From: Utricularia gibba
Lineage: Eukaryota > Plantae > Magnoliophyta
NCBI GenBank assembly: GCA_002189035.1
Contig: CM007989.1
Span: 3,472,001 to 3,536,000, forward strand
Direction of reading: 5' to 3'
DNA length: 64,000 bases
Shown here: one piece after another, positions 38,425 to 53,486 of the stretch
Layout: the number at the start of each line of letters is the position of its first letter
Numbering within the stretch: the stretch's first letter is position 1
The notes under the pieces: model-generated
Databases searched by the model: none
Told to the model about the DNA's origin: nothing
The model's input: only the letters and a program-made list of their open reading frames with translations
Translations under genes and position numbers: made by a program

Positions 38425-40412
38425 CTACCTCGTGAGGAGATGGTAAGAGGGCAGATCCTCGAGCCGAGAGATATCTTCTTGCAAAAGCTCCTGCTCTAAC
38501 TGCCGCCGTGTTGCTCTCATCACGTCCTGAATGCGAAGTTCATGAGCCAGCCATGTGAGGAAATTCCACTATTTCACTATCAGCAACTGCGTAGGTGGAG
38601 TTAGTGGAAGCCGAGGTAATAATACTCACGTTGAAGTCCATATAGGAGGCGCGCATAGCCAACCACTGACGGTCCATTAGCTTGAACGCGATGCAGTAAA
38701 GAAGATCAAATGCTGATTCATTTTCTGTAGAGTGGGAAGAATGAGACTACGGAACTTCCTCAAGAGAACAAGTGTAGTGCTTACCAGTGAGAAACTTCAA
38801 GAAGGTTGCTCCTGCTAGACTTCTCGGCTTACCTGCAAAACATAGGATCAGGCAAAGCACAGGCACCTCTCAACACCGAAGAAAGTTACACTCAACATAG
38901 AAAGAAGAGAGTAAAAGAGTAGAATCTGTGTGAAAGAAATAGAAACTTAAAAATACTTCCTACCAGCCTCAAGGTAAAGCATCTGAATAAGCATAAATGT
39001 AATGTTGACACCAGCTACAGCAAAGGGGTATTCCCACGACGCCCTATCACCTTCCCTTTTAAGAAGAAGGTCCTGAAACGACATCTGTGCACCAAGCATC
39101 ATGGAGTTCAGTGCAGAAAAAGAGACGTAACACTAAGGGCCAGTGAATGATAATAATCAAGATTAGCAGATCAATTTTAAACAGGGACATCCAATAGAAC
39201 ACCCTAATTTATCAGCTTTAGATGGAAGAGATAAACCAAGTACAAACCGGGAAGTTCCTGGCAAAGTATAGCAAATTTTCCAATGATATCAAGCCACCAC
39301 CCCTGAATTCATACATTGAAGGTGCCAATGAGATGTTGAAAACTTAAGCCTGTTTGGTTCAGTAGTCCAATAAAAATAATGATTACCGGAAATCTGTAGA
39401 GGGATCTTTTCCCTGCCAACCCATTTCTTTCCACTGCTCAGATATAAGACCATGGAGCTCTTCACCCGGAAAAGCAGCATACCACAATGCTCTAAGAGTT
39501 TCCTACATAAGGAGGAGGCATGAGGGGAATGGAGTTCGTTAAGCCTCTATCACTCGGTCCTTCAGTAAACTATACCTGGTGCGCGGGGACTGAGCCATCA
39601 TACGCAATTTCTATCCGATTCTGTAACCTCTGCAAATATTCCTCCTAATAGCAAGATTCATATTTAAAGCATCATAATCTGGTGGCAAGTATGAGTTCAA
39701 AAATCAAGGTAGTAACAAAAGAAACTCCTCCACGAGCCTATGACAAATGATACAGCACAAATGTACCATGGCTTAAAGACATCATATACAGTTAATCAGG
39801 AAGGTGATTCCAGAGAGCATCATAGATTATAAAACCTGTAAAATGGTCAAAGAAAATGATGGGCCATCATCACAACCTCTTCCTTGAACGCACACACATG
39901 AGAGGCCCCTGCCTAGCCATGCAGCAGATCCGGCCAAAGCCTCTGCTGCAACAGCAAAAAAATTAGAAAATATTAGCAAGCAGTTCTCAAGAATGTTGAA
40001 CCAGGACTTGAAATTTCCATCTAGTTCATGGTTGAACCAGAAAAATGTGTTCCCGAAAATTCGAAAAATAATTGATTAATGCCACTTGGCCTAGATTCTA
40101 CATCATGATCAGAAGGTAGAAAAACCATTGGTTCAACGACTACAGAGTCAATTAAACTAACCACAGAGCTCAATACAATTAGGCATCGTTTCGCGACCCT
40201 CTCTCTTTCAAAAAAACACCGCCACACTTTTTTCCAGACACTATACCCCTAAAAAAACGGATGAAAATGAGCGAGCGGATACAGTAATCGAATACAACAG
40301 AAAACGCATCTAAAGGTAATTTACCAGAAGTAGAATGACACGCAGTTCCTCGATCAATCCCATGTGAAATCCGCCTCACCGCCACAAACGATCCTCCTCC
40401 TCTTTCAACCAT
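38425..40412 (-). CDS. ELMO/CED-12 domain protein (ELMOD); about 9 exons
   Basis: MVERGGGSFVAVRRISHG, AGSAAWLGRGLSCVC, ISEQWKEMGWQGKDPSTDFRGGGLISLENLLYFA, WEYPFAVAGVNITFMLIQML and AFDLLYCIAFKLMDRQWLAMRASYMDFN. Confidence 0.93.
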
Positions 40413-41113
40413 TTCGCAGCCGTAACTCAAACAGAAAAACAGTAGCGCGAAAAGAATCTCCGTTTACCGGGAGGCGTAAAGCCTATTGAAGACGCACAGA
40501 AACTAGATTATTGAGCGATTAACAAACTACAGCTGTGGCGGCGCAACGTACGAGTGTAATGTGCATATAATGGATGTGTGACACGGTTTAGTTTCAGTAA
40601 TGGCCGGCCGCCAGAGTGTGGACGGCGATTCTCATGTTCCGATTCTCTGACAGCGGCCGACATATTTTCCGGAACATTAATTAATTTCGTTGGTCTCACC
40701 AAATGAAAAAAAAATAAAAAATCTGTGTCCGAATGCTTTGAACCGGTCCAATCATGAAAAGGGTGCGGTTTGAAGACGGAGATAATGCTTTTGATCTTTT
40801 TAAGAGATGAAATAACACGTGTCCCACGTGGGATGTTGGGACATATTTCTGACGTCAATAATGTATTTAATTGAATTTTAATTGGTTCATGATCCTGTGA
40901 TGGGGTTTGTTCACATTATCCTCATATCTAGTTTTCAGCTCCAGAAAAGATGGGCAATGAGCAACAAATAAGAGTAGCGAGACCAGGATTCCAAAGGCAC
41001 CCAAAGATGGTTACGACATAGAGATAGAATGGAACCCAAACTTGTATAGTTAGGAAGGGAAGCTAGAGCACATATTATACTGCAACCAGACCTGCTCAGA
41101 TTGGCGAGTTGGC

Positions 41114-42522
<1,409 letters not shown>

Positions 42523-42806
42523 GGTAATCAAATCAACTGCGTGGGATAGATCCCGATCGTTTCGTTGATTCCGGCACAAAGAAGAAAACGGAGGCGGCCA
42601 AGAAATCACGCACCACGGTGAGAGAAACCGTTTCCGGTGAATAAACAAATGATATACCCCTTTTTGTTGCGTCTATCTTACGAAAGGTACCCCTCACTAG
42701 CCTCGACCCACTCTCCTCACAAAGTATAATTTTCTATCTTTTTATTAAATAAATAAAAAATCATGTTTTAATTTTTAAATAATTTATAATTAAAAAAATA
42801 GTATCT

Positions 42807-44406
42807 TCAAGGTTGAAGCTTTAGCTCCTTGTTGCTGCAATTGGCCTGAGATATGGGGTGCCTGATCCAGTGGACCCTTTCGCCGAATAAACCCTTCAGG
42901 CGCATCCATTCCGGATGATCAGCCGGAGAGCAGCCGCCGGCAGGGGCATCCTCCCTGAACCTTGATTCCACCAGCGTCAAGCTCTTTAGCTCGCTCGTCG
43001 ACGTCGCAGCGAAGAAGGAAGCCAGCAACATGTGGCATTCCGAGAAAGTCATCCCCTCGATCCTGACGTAATTCAGTTTTTGAAATATGGTCGGCGTCGC
43101 CATGGCCTCCTTCACCCCGTCGACGAACTTCTCCAACGGTGACTCGCCGGAGCATCCATCAATCTGCAGACAGAGGAGCTTTTCAAGAGCTCTGTCTCTG
43201 ATATCGTGTAATAAATAGAGCACTCACATTGATGAAGACTCGTTTAACCATGGGGCAGGTCTGAAGAAACAGGGGAAGGCAGAGGATCTCAGCGGTGGGG
43301 CGTCTGGTGTGGAAATGGACCTCCTCCACGTCCCATAAAATACCTCTACCGGGGAATATCCGCGTCCCCGGAAACATATCCTGCAGGTTGCAGAGAAAGC
43401 GGGTGGTTTATAAATAAGAGCAGTGTTGGGGTTTAAGGTACCGGCGTACCTCAATGCCAGGAATATTGGTGATCAGTGACATGGCGGAAGCGCAGGCGAC
43501 GCAGCGGCGCAGCCCCGAGTAGGCTATGATGTTCTGGTGGCGAGAATGAGTATCACTCAATGACGAAGGGACAGATGCTCGAAGCAGGAGAGACGTTTCC
43601 TTGCCAGTGAACTCAAACGTCTTCACGCAAGGGGCAACGACCTCCAACCAGATGATGTTGCAGCTATCCACCACCACCTCGCTTAACAGCGGATGCGCGC
43701 CAATTAGAATGGTATCGCCGCTCTCGCACTTGACAAGCTTCAGCACCTTCAGAAACCAGCAACTGTTAAAAACAGCATTCATGGCATCGGAAGTAAGGTA
43801 GGTGCATCGGATGGTCAAGTCATGGAGATGGGGCAGGGATTGGAATGGCGCCAGAGGCAACATGGAGGTGCATCCCGACAAGGTGAGACTCCTTAATCTG
43901 TTCGAAACCAAGAAGACTTCACTACGCAGTTCAAAAGGTTTCACTGGAGGAGAATTCTCACGCAGACAAAAGTCGAGGCAGATTTCTTCAAAACCAAGAC
44001 CAATTACTCTCTTCACCCATGTATTCACCAGCTCATTCTGGTAATCTGTAGTGGCGTTGAAATATAGAGAAAAACGTCGAGCCCCAACACCGGAATGCCT
44101 CATGATAATATCCCCAACTATCTTTGTCCTCAAGTCATCATCACCGATCCCTGTGACAAATTTTCTGTCCACTAAAACATCACGACAGAACCGACAGAAC
44201 CGCCATGAATCACTGAATGTCTTTGAAACTTTACCAATATCATAAACTTGGGTTGCAGGCAAAAAGGTGAAAATTTTTTCTACCAACTCAACAGGCAAAA
44301 ATTGGAAATCTGAAGAGAAAGCCATCGACACGAACCGCCCATTCCCCTCTCTCGATGATTCCTCATAACGAGCAGGCAATATAGTGGTGACATAATCATG
44401 CGCCAT
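42807..44406 (-). CDS. F-box/LRR/FBD-like protein, diverged copy A (N-terminally shortened or pseudogene); 3 exons
   Basis: F-box-like FLPVELVEKIFTFLPATQVYDIGKVSKTFSDSWR, LRSLTLSGC LRR-like region, two GT-AG introns. The position homologous to the start in copies B and C is AAG (44602-44604), followed by an in-frame TAA (44530-44532); the first usable ATG is at 44406. Confidence 0.65.
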
Positions 44407-45598
44407 GGTAACCAGATCTTTCACAACTTCTGCTTTATAGTCGTTCGGATACACTTGTTCAATACACTTCACCAGATAAGTGTATCCGAACACTTCATGA
44501 ATGAGACGAAAGTCTTTCTCTGTGCCGGATTAGAAGAAGGGACATGCCACGCAATTAGGAGCACAACAGTGTCTGTGTGCGCTGGAGGAGATGCAGGGAG
44601 CCTTCACCGTCTCCAAGAAAAAGAAACAACAGAGGCAGGTCTAATGTGGAGAACAAGAGCCGAAGAATGTTTCCTTATTGGATGACTATTAGGAAATAAA
44701 AGATACGATTCATGAAGATTATATTTAGAGCATGATAATTAAATCAAATATTTTAAACTGATTTTATTTAATTTTTATACATTCAAATCTTATCTTATTT
44801 GATGATAAAATTAGAAATTCAAATAATCGATTCACTTAAAAAATTATTTTTTTAAATCTGCATTTCATATTAAATAAGAAATTACTTTAAAAATTATACT
44901 ATTCAATTTTTATATATTTTAAAAAATGCATTATATTATTACATTAAGATATAATAATTTAATTTATTAAATTTTATAATACATAATTTAATATATTATA
45001 ATATATAATATAATGTCATATTATCTTACAAAACAGCTTTACAAAAAATGTTTAGTATATTCAAAAGAAAAACTTAAAACAGATTCTATTTTACATAATT
45101 TAAATTATTAGCTTTGATTTTAATCAAATATATGATGCGTATTTTTTTTCTTGACGAAATATATGATGTGCATATTATTCTGTTTTATGTATATTCAAAT
45201 ATTTGATACATATATGTAAAATTGTATTAAAAAAATATAAAACATATTCTCATTAAATAACTTCTTTCGTTTTTCCTTTAGTTCTAGTTTCATTTTCTCC
45301 TACTAATTATTGTGTATATTAACTTTTTCTATCTAACTTTGCATCTAACATTTATTATCATAATATAAGACTTTATTATTTTATTATTAAAATTTATATT
45401 TATATTTTAAATTGTTTTATTTTTTTATTGTATAATTTTTAATTTTTTATTTTCTTAATACAGATAAATTTAAATTTCGTGAATCACGTTCGTATAGTGC
45501 ATCATAAAGCCTCAAAAAAGTTAATTAAGTAATAATTAATAAAAAATAGTTGTTTTTCAGAAATGACACGTGGCTACATTGTAATGTAGTATGTGATG

Positions 45599-47381
45599 TC
45601 AAGCATCTCGTAACTCCCAATCGGCCTGGCAGTGCTGGTGGGTGAGCCAGTGGATCTTTCCTGGGCACAAATCCTTCCAAAGTTTCCAGCTTTTCTGCGG
45701 CTGAGCCCAGAAACCGTTGAGAAGCGCGTCAGGGCTGAAGCTTGATCCAACCAGCGTTAAGCTCTTCAGCTCACTGGTCGATGTCGCCGCGAAGAACTTC
45801 ACCAGCAGATCGTGATCCTCTGAAAATGTCATTCCCTCGATCATCACGTAGCTCAGTTTTGGTAGCCTGATGGGCGTCGCCATGGCCATTCTCACCCCGG
45901 CGGCGCTCCCCTGTGAGGGGACACGGCATCCGTCAATCTGTGGATCAATGGGCAGCAGTAGGCGTTAGGATCAACTGCGTGTTCAAGATTGTGGTGTTTG
46001 GAGTGAATACTCACGTTCATGAACACTCTCCTCAGCAATGGGCACCTCAGGAGAAATAGGGGAATGGAGAGAAAGTCGACTGAAGATATTCTGGGATGGA
46101 GGTGGAACTCCTGGACGTTCCCAAAACCGCTGCCGCCATTCCAAAGCCCCAGCTCCTGAACGGGATCCTGCACATTCCAAGAAGACGAATCAGCATATTT
46201 TCTGATACTAGGCAAAAATGGAAGCTCCATGTGGTGTAAGTGCATATTCTCAAAAAAGTGACCAACCCCAAATGCTGCAAAACGGCTTCCCAATAAAAAG
46301 GCGGAGGCGCGTGAGATGTGGCGGCTGAGCTCCATGGAGTTCACTAGAGTTAGGTGATGGTCACGGCAATCTTCAGACGTATCAGTCGACGGTTCTGATG
46401 TTTTGAGCTGCGCTTGCATACAGCCACTGCTAAACTCGAAGGTTTTCACAGAAGGGGCGTTGATATGATAACCGATGAAGTTGCATGCATCGAACGCTAT
46501 TTCTGTCAACCCATTCAGGCTCCGGGCATCGAGGAGCACTGTCTTGACGCTCGCGCACTTCACGAACTTCAATACCTGAAGAGATCTGCAACAGATGAAA
46601 ACACCCTCAGCATCGGGGATTCAATAAAGATGCCCTCCAGAGTAAGAGAAAGCAGATGGGGTAGCGAGTTGCGTGGCGCCAGAGACATCATGGGAGTGCA
46701 TCCCGACAAGTGGAGACTCCTTAATCTGTTCGAAACCATGAAGGTTTCATTACCAAGAACAACAGGCCCCCTCCTTGGATCCGAATCCGAAAAGTCGAGG
46801 AAGATATCTTCAAACCCAAGATTAATTACTCTTTTCACCCACGTCTCCACCAGCTTCCTATTGTCAACCTTGAAATACAGTGAAAATCGTCGAGCGCCTA
46901 CTCCAGAATGCCCCATGATGATGTCCCCCACAATGGCTTTCCTCGAGCGATCATCACCAAGCTCTCTGACATACTCTTTGTCCAAGGAAACATCACTGCA
47001 ATACCTCCAAGTGTCTCGAAACGTCTTGGAAGATTTAGAGATGTCATAAACTGTGGTTACAGGCAAGAGCGTCAATATTTTATCAATGATTTCATCCGGC
47101 AAATCTCCAGACCCTTCTGAAGACAAAATTGTTTCCCCAGATAACCCTCTGTAAAAATCAGGCAATTCCTTAGTGATATGATCACGAGCCATATTGACGA
47201 GATTCCTCACAGTTTCTTCCTTGAAATCAGGAGGCGCAGCAGCGATACACTCCACCAAGTAACCGTATCCATACACTCTGTCAACAAGACAAAAGTCCTG
47301 TTCTTTCCCAGGCCCGAAGTAGGGGCGCAGTATGGAATCAAGAGCTGCTTGTTGTCGACTACAGGGGAAGCAGGGAGCCAT
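45599..47381 (-). CDS. F-box/LRR/FBD-like protein, copy B; one frameshift at 46604-46606
   Basis: DLPDEIIDKILTLLPVTTVYDISKSSKTFRDTWRY, VETWVKRVI, LRSLHLSGC and an FBD-like last exon. AGGGTG here vs AGGGGTG in copy C. Confidence 0.8.
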
Positions 47382-48444
47382 GGGGACGTTTTCGAAACCT
47401 CAAAGAGCGGGAGAGATAGAACTTTCGAATGTTGAATGTGAAGATCGAAGGAAGGAATTTATAGAAGAACTCCACCGCATTCGTATCTAAATATGGAAAC
47501 AAAATATTTTTTATCTATCTTAATATCCAAAATTCGATTCGTTAGCTCAGTTATAGATATTATCTCAAATCTAATTACAAAAAGCGAATTTAATCGTTTA
47601 TCACAATTTTTCGGATAAATTAGAATTTTGGTCTGAAAAAAATGATTATCTCATATGTATTTTTTTTTAACCAAGTGTGATAAAGAATGTGAGATTCGAT
47701 AATTTTTTAAATAATTCTAATTTTTTCTGAAGGAAAAATATGGAGTTTTTTTTTCTTAAATCTATATTTCAATTATTAAATAATAAATTAATTAAAAATT
47801 ATACTATTCAATTTACATACATTTCAAAAATACATTATATTATTACCTTACGATATAATAGTTTAATTTATTAAATTTTATAATACATAATTTAATATAT
47901 GACAATATATAATATAATTTCATATTGTCTTACAAAAAAATTTTAAAATCTAAAAATTTAGCATATTCAAAAAAAAAAAAACTTAAATCATATTCTATTT
48001 TACATAATTTTAAATTAGTAGATTGGATTTTAATCAAATATATGATGCGTATTTTTTTTCTTGACGAAACATATGGTGTGCATATTATTCTGTTTTATGT
48101 ATATTCAAATATTTGATACATACTTGTAAAATTGTATTAAAAATATATTTTCATTAATAAATTCTTTTGTTTTTTTTTTTTAGTTCTAATTTCATTTTCT
48201 CCAACTAATTATTGTGTATATTGATTTTTTTTTATATCTACATTTGCATCTAATATTTATTATCACATTGAGAGAGATTTATTATTTTATTCTTAAAATT
48301 TATATTTTAAATACATATAAATTTAAATTTCATGAATCACGTTTGTATTATGCATCATAGGGTCTGAAACAAGATAATTAAGTAATAATACATAAAAAGA
48401 GTTGTTTTTCAGAATTGGCACGTGGGTACTTGTAATGTGGTACT

Positions 48445-50264
48445 TCAAATTTTGAGGTGGAGCAACTGGTAACTCCAATCGGCCTGGCAGTGCGGATGGT
48501 TGAGCCAGTGGATCTTCCCCGGGAGCAAACCCTTCCAACGGTTCCAGGTATTCTCCGGCCGAGCCCAGAAACAGTTGGGAAGTACGTCAGGGGTGAGGCT
48601 TGATCCAACCAGCGTTAAGCTCTTCAGCTCACTGGTCGATGTCGCCGCGAAGAACTGCACCAGCAGATCGTGATCCTCTGAAAAACTCATTCCCTCGATC
48701 ATCACGTAGTGCAGTTTTCGTAGCCTGATGGGCGACGACATGGCCATCCTCACTCCGGCGGCGCTCCCCTGTGAGGGGACACGGCATCCGTCAATCTGTG
48801 GAACAATGGGCAGCACTAGGTGTTAGTATCAACTGCGTGTTCGAAATTGTGGTGTATGGAGTGAATACTCACGTTCATGAACACTCTCCTCAGCAATGGG
48901 CACCTCAGGAGAAACAGGGGAATGGAGAGAAAGTCGACTGAAGATATTCTGGCATGGAGGTGGAACTCCTGGACGTTCGCAAAACCCCTGCCGCCATTCC
49001 AAAGTCCCAGCTCCTGAACGGGATTCTGCACATTCCAAGAAGATGAATCAGCATATGTTCTGATACTGGACAAAAATGGAAGCTCCATGTGGTGTAAGTG
49101 CATATTCTCAAAAAAGTGACCAACCCCAAATGCTGCAAAACGGCTTCCCAATAAGAAGGCGGAGGCGCGTGAGATGTGGCGGCAGAGCTCCAGGGAGTTC
49201 ATTAGATTTAGGTGATGGTCACGGCAATCTTCAGACGTATCAGTCGACGGTTCTGATGTTTTGAGCTGCGCTTGCATACAGCCACTGCTAAACTCGAAGG
49301 TTTTCACAGAAGGGGCGTTGATATGATAACCGATGAAGTCGCATGCATCGAACGCCATTTCTGTCAACCCATTCAGGCTCCGGGCATCGAGGAGCACTAC
49401 CTCGACGCTCGTGCACTTCACGAACTTCAATACCTGAAGAGATCTGCAACAGAAGGAAACACCCCTCAGCATGGGGGATTCAATAAGGATGCCCTCCAGA
49501 GTAAGAGAAAGCAGATGGGGTAGCGAGTTGCGTGGCGCCAGACACATCATGGGAGTGCATCCCGACAAGTGGAGACTCCTTAATCTGTTCGAAACCATGA
49601 AGGTTTCATTACCAAGAACAACAGGCCCCCTCCTTGGATCCGAATCCGAAAAGTCGAGGAAGATATCTTCAAACCCAAGATTAATTACTCTTTTCACCCA
49701 CGTCTCCACCAGCTTCCTATTGTCAACCTTGAAATACAGTGAAAATGTTCGAGCGCCTACTCCAGAATGCCCCATAATGATGTCCCGCACAATGGCTTTC
49801 CTCAAGCAATCATCACCAAGCCCTGTGACATACCTTTTGTCCAAGGAAAAATCACTGCAATACCTCCAAGTGTCTCGAAACGTCTTCGAAGATTTAGAGA
49901 TTTCATAAACTGTGGTTACAGGCAACAAGGTCAATATTTTATCGATGATTTCATCCGGCAAATCTCGAGACTCTTGTGAAGGCAAAATTGTTTCCCCAGA
50001 ATGATCATCCCCAGATAACCCCAAGTAGAAGCCAGGCAATTCCTTAGTGATATGATCACGAGCCATATTGACGAGACTCCTCACCGTTGCTTTCTTGAAA
50101 TCAGCAGGCGCAGCAACGATACAATCCACCAAGTAACCGGATCCATACACTATGTCGACAAGACGAAGGTCTTTTTCTTTCCCAGGCCCGAAGAAGGGGC
50201 GCAGCATGGAATCAAGAGCAGCTTGTTGTGACTGTTGGCGACTACAGGGGAAGCAGGGAGCCAT
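48445..50264 (-). CDS. F-box/LRR/FBD-like protein, copy C (intact)
   Basis: 482-codon ORF plus a last exon after the 77-nt intron at 48796-48872; same domain signatures as copy B. Confidence 0.88.
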
Positions 50265-50502
50265 GGGGACGTTTTCGAAACCTCAAAGAGCGGGAGAGAT
50301 ACAACTGTCGAATGTTGAATGTGAGGATCGAAGGAAGGAATTTATAGAAGAACTCAACCGCATTCGTCTGTAAATATGGAAACAAAATATTTTTTATATA
50401 TCTTAGTATCCGAAATTCGATTCGTTAATTCAGTTCTAGATATTATCTCAAATCTAATTAACTCAAATAACAACCTGGATTTTAATTAAAAAATGATTAT
50501 CT

Positions 50503-50528
<26 letters not shown>
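50503..50528. repeat. (TA)n microsatellite
   Basis: Directly visible. Confidence 0.9.
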
Positions 50529-50535
<7 letters not shown>

Positions 50536-50796
50536 TTAATCTGAATGAACCTAAGTTTCAAGAATGAAAAATATGGAGTTTTTTTTTTATTTTTTTGATT
50601 GGCGAAAAAGAATGGGGTTGACAGAGAGCCAGGTGATCAGATTCTTCTGGTTCCAAAGCTCTGTAATCAACAACAATTCCCGATTGTTGTTGAAGAAAGT
50701 CCGCAATTGTTCCCTTGGAGAAGAGGAGAAGGGGGCTTCTGGATTGTCAATTGCAAACCCATGCTCTCCAGTCTCCCGAGTATCAAACAGTGAGCG

Positions 50797-52916
50797 ATGC
50801 AGTTGGCATGTGTTAGCAGTTCTCGTGGAACCTTTCAGAGCAGCATCTTGCAGCATTTTTCCGGAAGTCGAATCAATAATTTCTCTAATCGTCGTGTTTC
50901 ATTGATTGGCGGGAGTTTCTATCCCTTTACTTCGTGTGATTACGCTGAGAAGAGAGCCTTCAATGTCGTTAGGTGTGGGAAATCACCTGGGACCTCTATG
51001 CCTGATCGTGGAAGAGGTAAGGTAGGGGCAAAGGGGAAGCATAATGTGTGGAGTATCGATAATGCGAAGGCTAAAGAAGAGAAGGAGCGGGAAAAGTTGA
51101 GAATCAGGGGGAGGAGGAAAAAGAGGGAAGGGAAGAGAATAAGGAGTGTTAATAGGAAGGGTGACAGAATTACAGTCTCTGGCTTGATGCTGGTGGAAGT
51201 TGAAAACGTTCTACAAACACAGGTTTGCCTCGGTTACATTGTTAATGATTTTGCTGCTTGGATTTTTGGGGCAGGCTGTTATTTCCTTTAGTGTGTGGTT
51301 TAATAAGGCATTCATTTTGAGTGTGTTGTTTGTGAAGTCATCACTTTCCCCATTTTTATGTTTATAAAGTTAAATGAATATATGATGACCTGATGAAACT
51401 TTTGTTTCTTGCTGCTTGCAGGAGCCGGTGATTCGCCCAGCATGGTATACATTTTCTAGTAGTGTCAGTGGGATATGGAAGGGAGTGGGAGCTGTATATT
51501 CTTCCACAACAGCAGAAATGGAGCCAGTTGATGTTGGGAGCAAAAATGACAACTTATTCGACTGTTATTTGGTCTCCTGCGTAGAGGCACTTCCATCTGC
51601 CGCCGACACACAAATTTCTCAAATAAAAAGAAAAACAAATTGGGTTACACTGAATCCGTATGGTGAATTAAGGAAGGGTGGTGGTGGTGGTGGTGGCGTA
51701 GAATATAAATTTCAGGACCCATTATCTGTTTCAAATGTCTCATTGCCAAATATTGAGTCTTTTGATTTTGGTCGAAGTGATGTCATGGAAGAAGATGTGA
51801 TGGGGATGGAGCCCGGTCTTGTTTTCTTTGAGGTAACATTTTTGAACTGTTGAACTTACACGAGGATCACTGACTTTATGCTGTGGTGGCCACTTCAGAG
51901 ATTGCTATCGGCACTGTAGGACATTGCAAACACATGCATACTTTATGTTTACAGCTGAATGTGTATTTCATTTTAAGCGCCAGCAACAATTTTCAGGATG
52001 GATCTTATTCCAGAGGTCCAGTGGAAATTCCAGTTGGTGAATATGATGAGTCTGAATACTACCTTTCACCCACATTCAAGTTTGAACAAGTATGTTGTCT
52101 TTCATTAGTTTATCCACTTGCTTCATCACCTTGGATGGCCAAAATTTTTCCTAGCACATTTGTTATTCCCCTCCAATTCTGCGGCCAGTCTTAAAAATAT
52201 TTAATCCAGTCTTTTGTGTTTCTTGCTAGTGTTTGGTCAAAGGTTGCCACAAGCGGTTGCGTGTTGTTCACACAATAGAATTCAGCAGTGGAGGTTCAGA
52301 TATACAGATTCTAAGGGTTGCTGTTTATGAGGAAGTATGGGTTAGCCCTGCCAGTATACCTGATACCAGGTTCCATGTTCTTTTCATTATGTGATGAGTT
52401 GCTCTCAACAACGTTCAAGTCAGGAATATAACTGAAAGCTGATTGCTTAGACAATGGTTTTTATGGAATTTCAGTGAATTGGAACTGGACTTGAAGCCAT
52501 TCTCCCAGAGGAGGAGAGTACAGCCTTCAGAGCTGACTGGTTCATGGAAGGTGTTCGAGGTGAGTGCCTCACCAATATATGGCAAGGACACCTTGGTGGA
52601 AGAAGGTACCACCGTCCCTTACGTCTATCTTTGCATGGAGAATCTTAAAAATCGAAGTTTTCCCGAAAACCTCGCCTACTTTGGGGAGGAAGAAGTTCTG
52701 GAGATGCAAGACGTTGCTGTCCTTTGGCTCCCCGGTGGTGTTACTGCATATGTTGATATAAGCAAGGATGGCACTCTCTGCATTGGCGCCGGATGGTATT
52801 CAGATGAAGGCATCAACCTCGTAATGGAACGAGATTATGGTTTAGATGGGAAACTTAAGGAAGTCAGGTCGAAGTCTGAGATGAAAAGGAGGTGGAACAA
52901 CCCTCCCCCGATGTAA
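50797..52916 (+). CDS. Conserved plastid-targeted protein of unknown function (DUF3598-like, At2g44760-type); 5 exons
   Basis: Ser-rich transit-like N-terminus; exons splice in frame: ...LVEVENVLQTQ / EPVIRPAWYTFSSSVSGIWKGVGAV...EPGLVFFE / DGSYSRGP...FKFEQ / CLVKGCHKRLRVVHTIEF / ...WLPGGVTAYVD...VMERDYGLDGKL. Family name is from memory. Confidence 0.75.
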
Positions 52917-53486
52917 CTTTATGTCCATTTCCGCATTTTGAGCCAGATTTTAACATGGGATGGTAGAACTAGTGCGAGTGCCCTGCCTCTTTCTGTGAGA
53001 TACCAACAGGATTTCTAGTAAAAACTAAACAGTGGATTATTTGAGCCTGACTACCAAAACGTTGACATTTTTGTGATACAGTTTTTCCTTATCTCTTTAG
53101 TAGTTGCAAGGTTGTTACTGGAGTAGGTGCTCATCTTAGCGGAAGGCCAGGTCCCTACCCAAGTCGCTTTTTCAGGTCAGTTATTTTATAATACTTATTT
53201 TTAGAGAGAACCACGGCAGGTTTTATAATAGAGTTCACCTTGTCTTTATTCCTGGACACCTTATTTGGAGACTGGTTTGTTTACCCGAAGTTATCTTAGA
53301 TACCATTAATCTTACCTCTGTGCCTTGAAAATGCGAGGAGTCCAAGTTTATATGAGGTAAAATCGCATGGAACTAGGTAAAAATCAAAGACAGGGTTCTC
53401 AAAAGCAAATAGGAGCAACACTAACAGCTGCACTGGTACACATCGGAATCTGGGATAAAAAGAATTGAGGAGATGAATTAGGTAAT

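Larger units (their letters stand above)
44892..50590. repeat. Head-to-tail tandem duplication, unit about 2.9 kb (44892-47755 and 47797-50590), each unit carrying one F-box gene and its flanks
   Basis: Matching anchors: AATTATACTATTCAATTT at 44892 and 47797; ATATGGAAACAAAATATTTTTT near 47491 and 50374; coding sequences nearly identical by eye. Confidence 0.92.
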
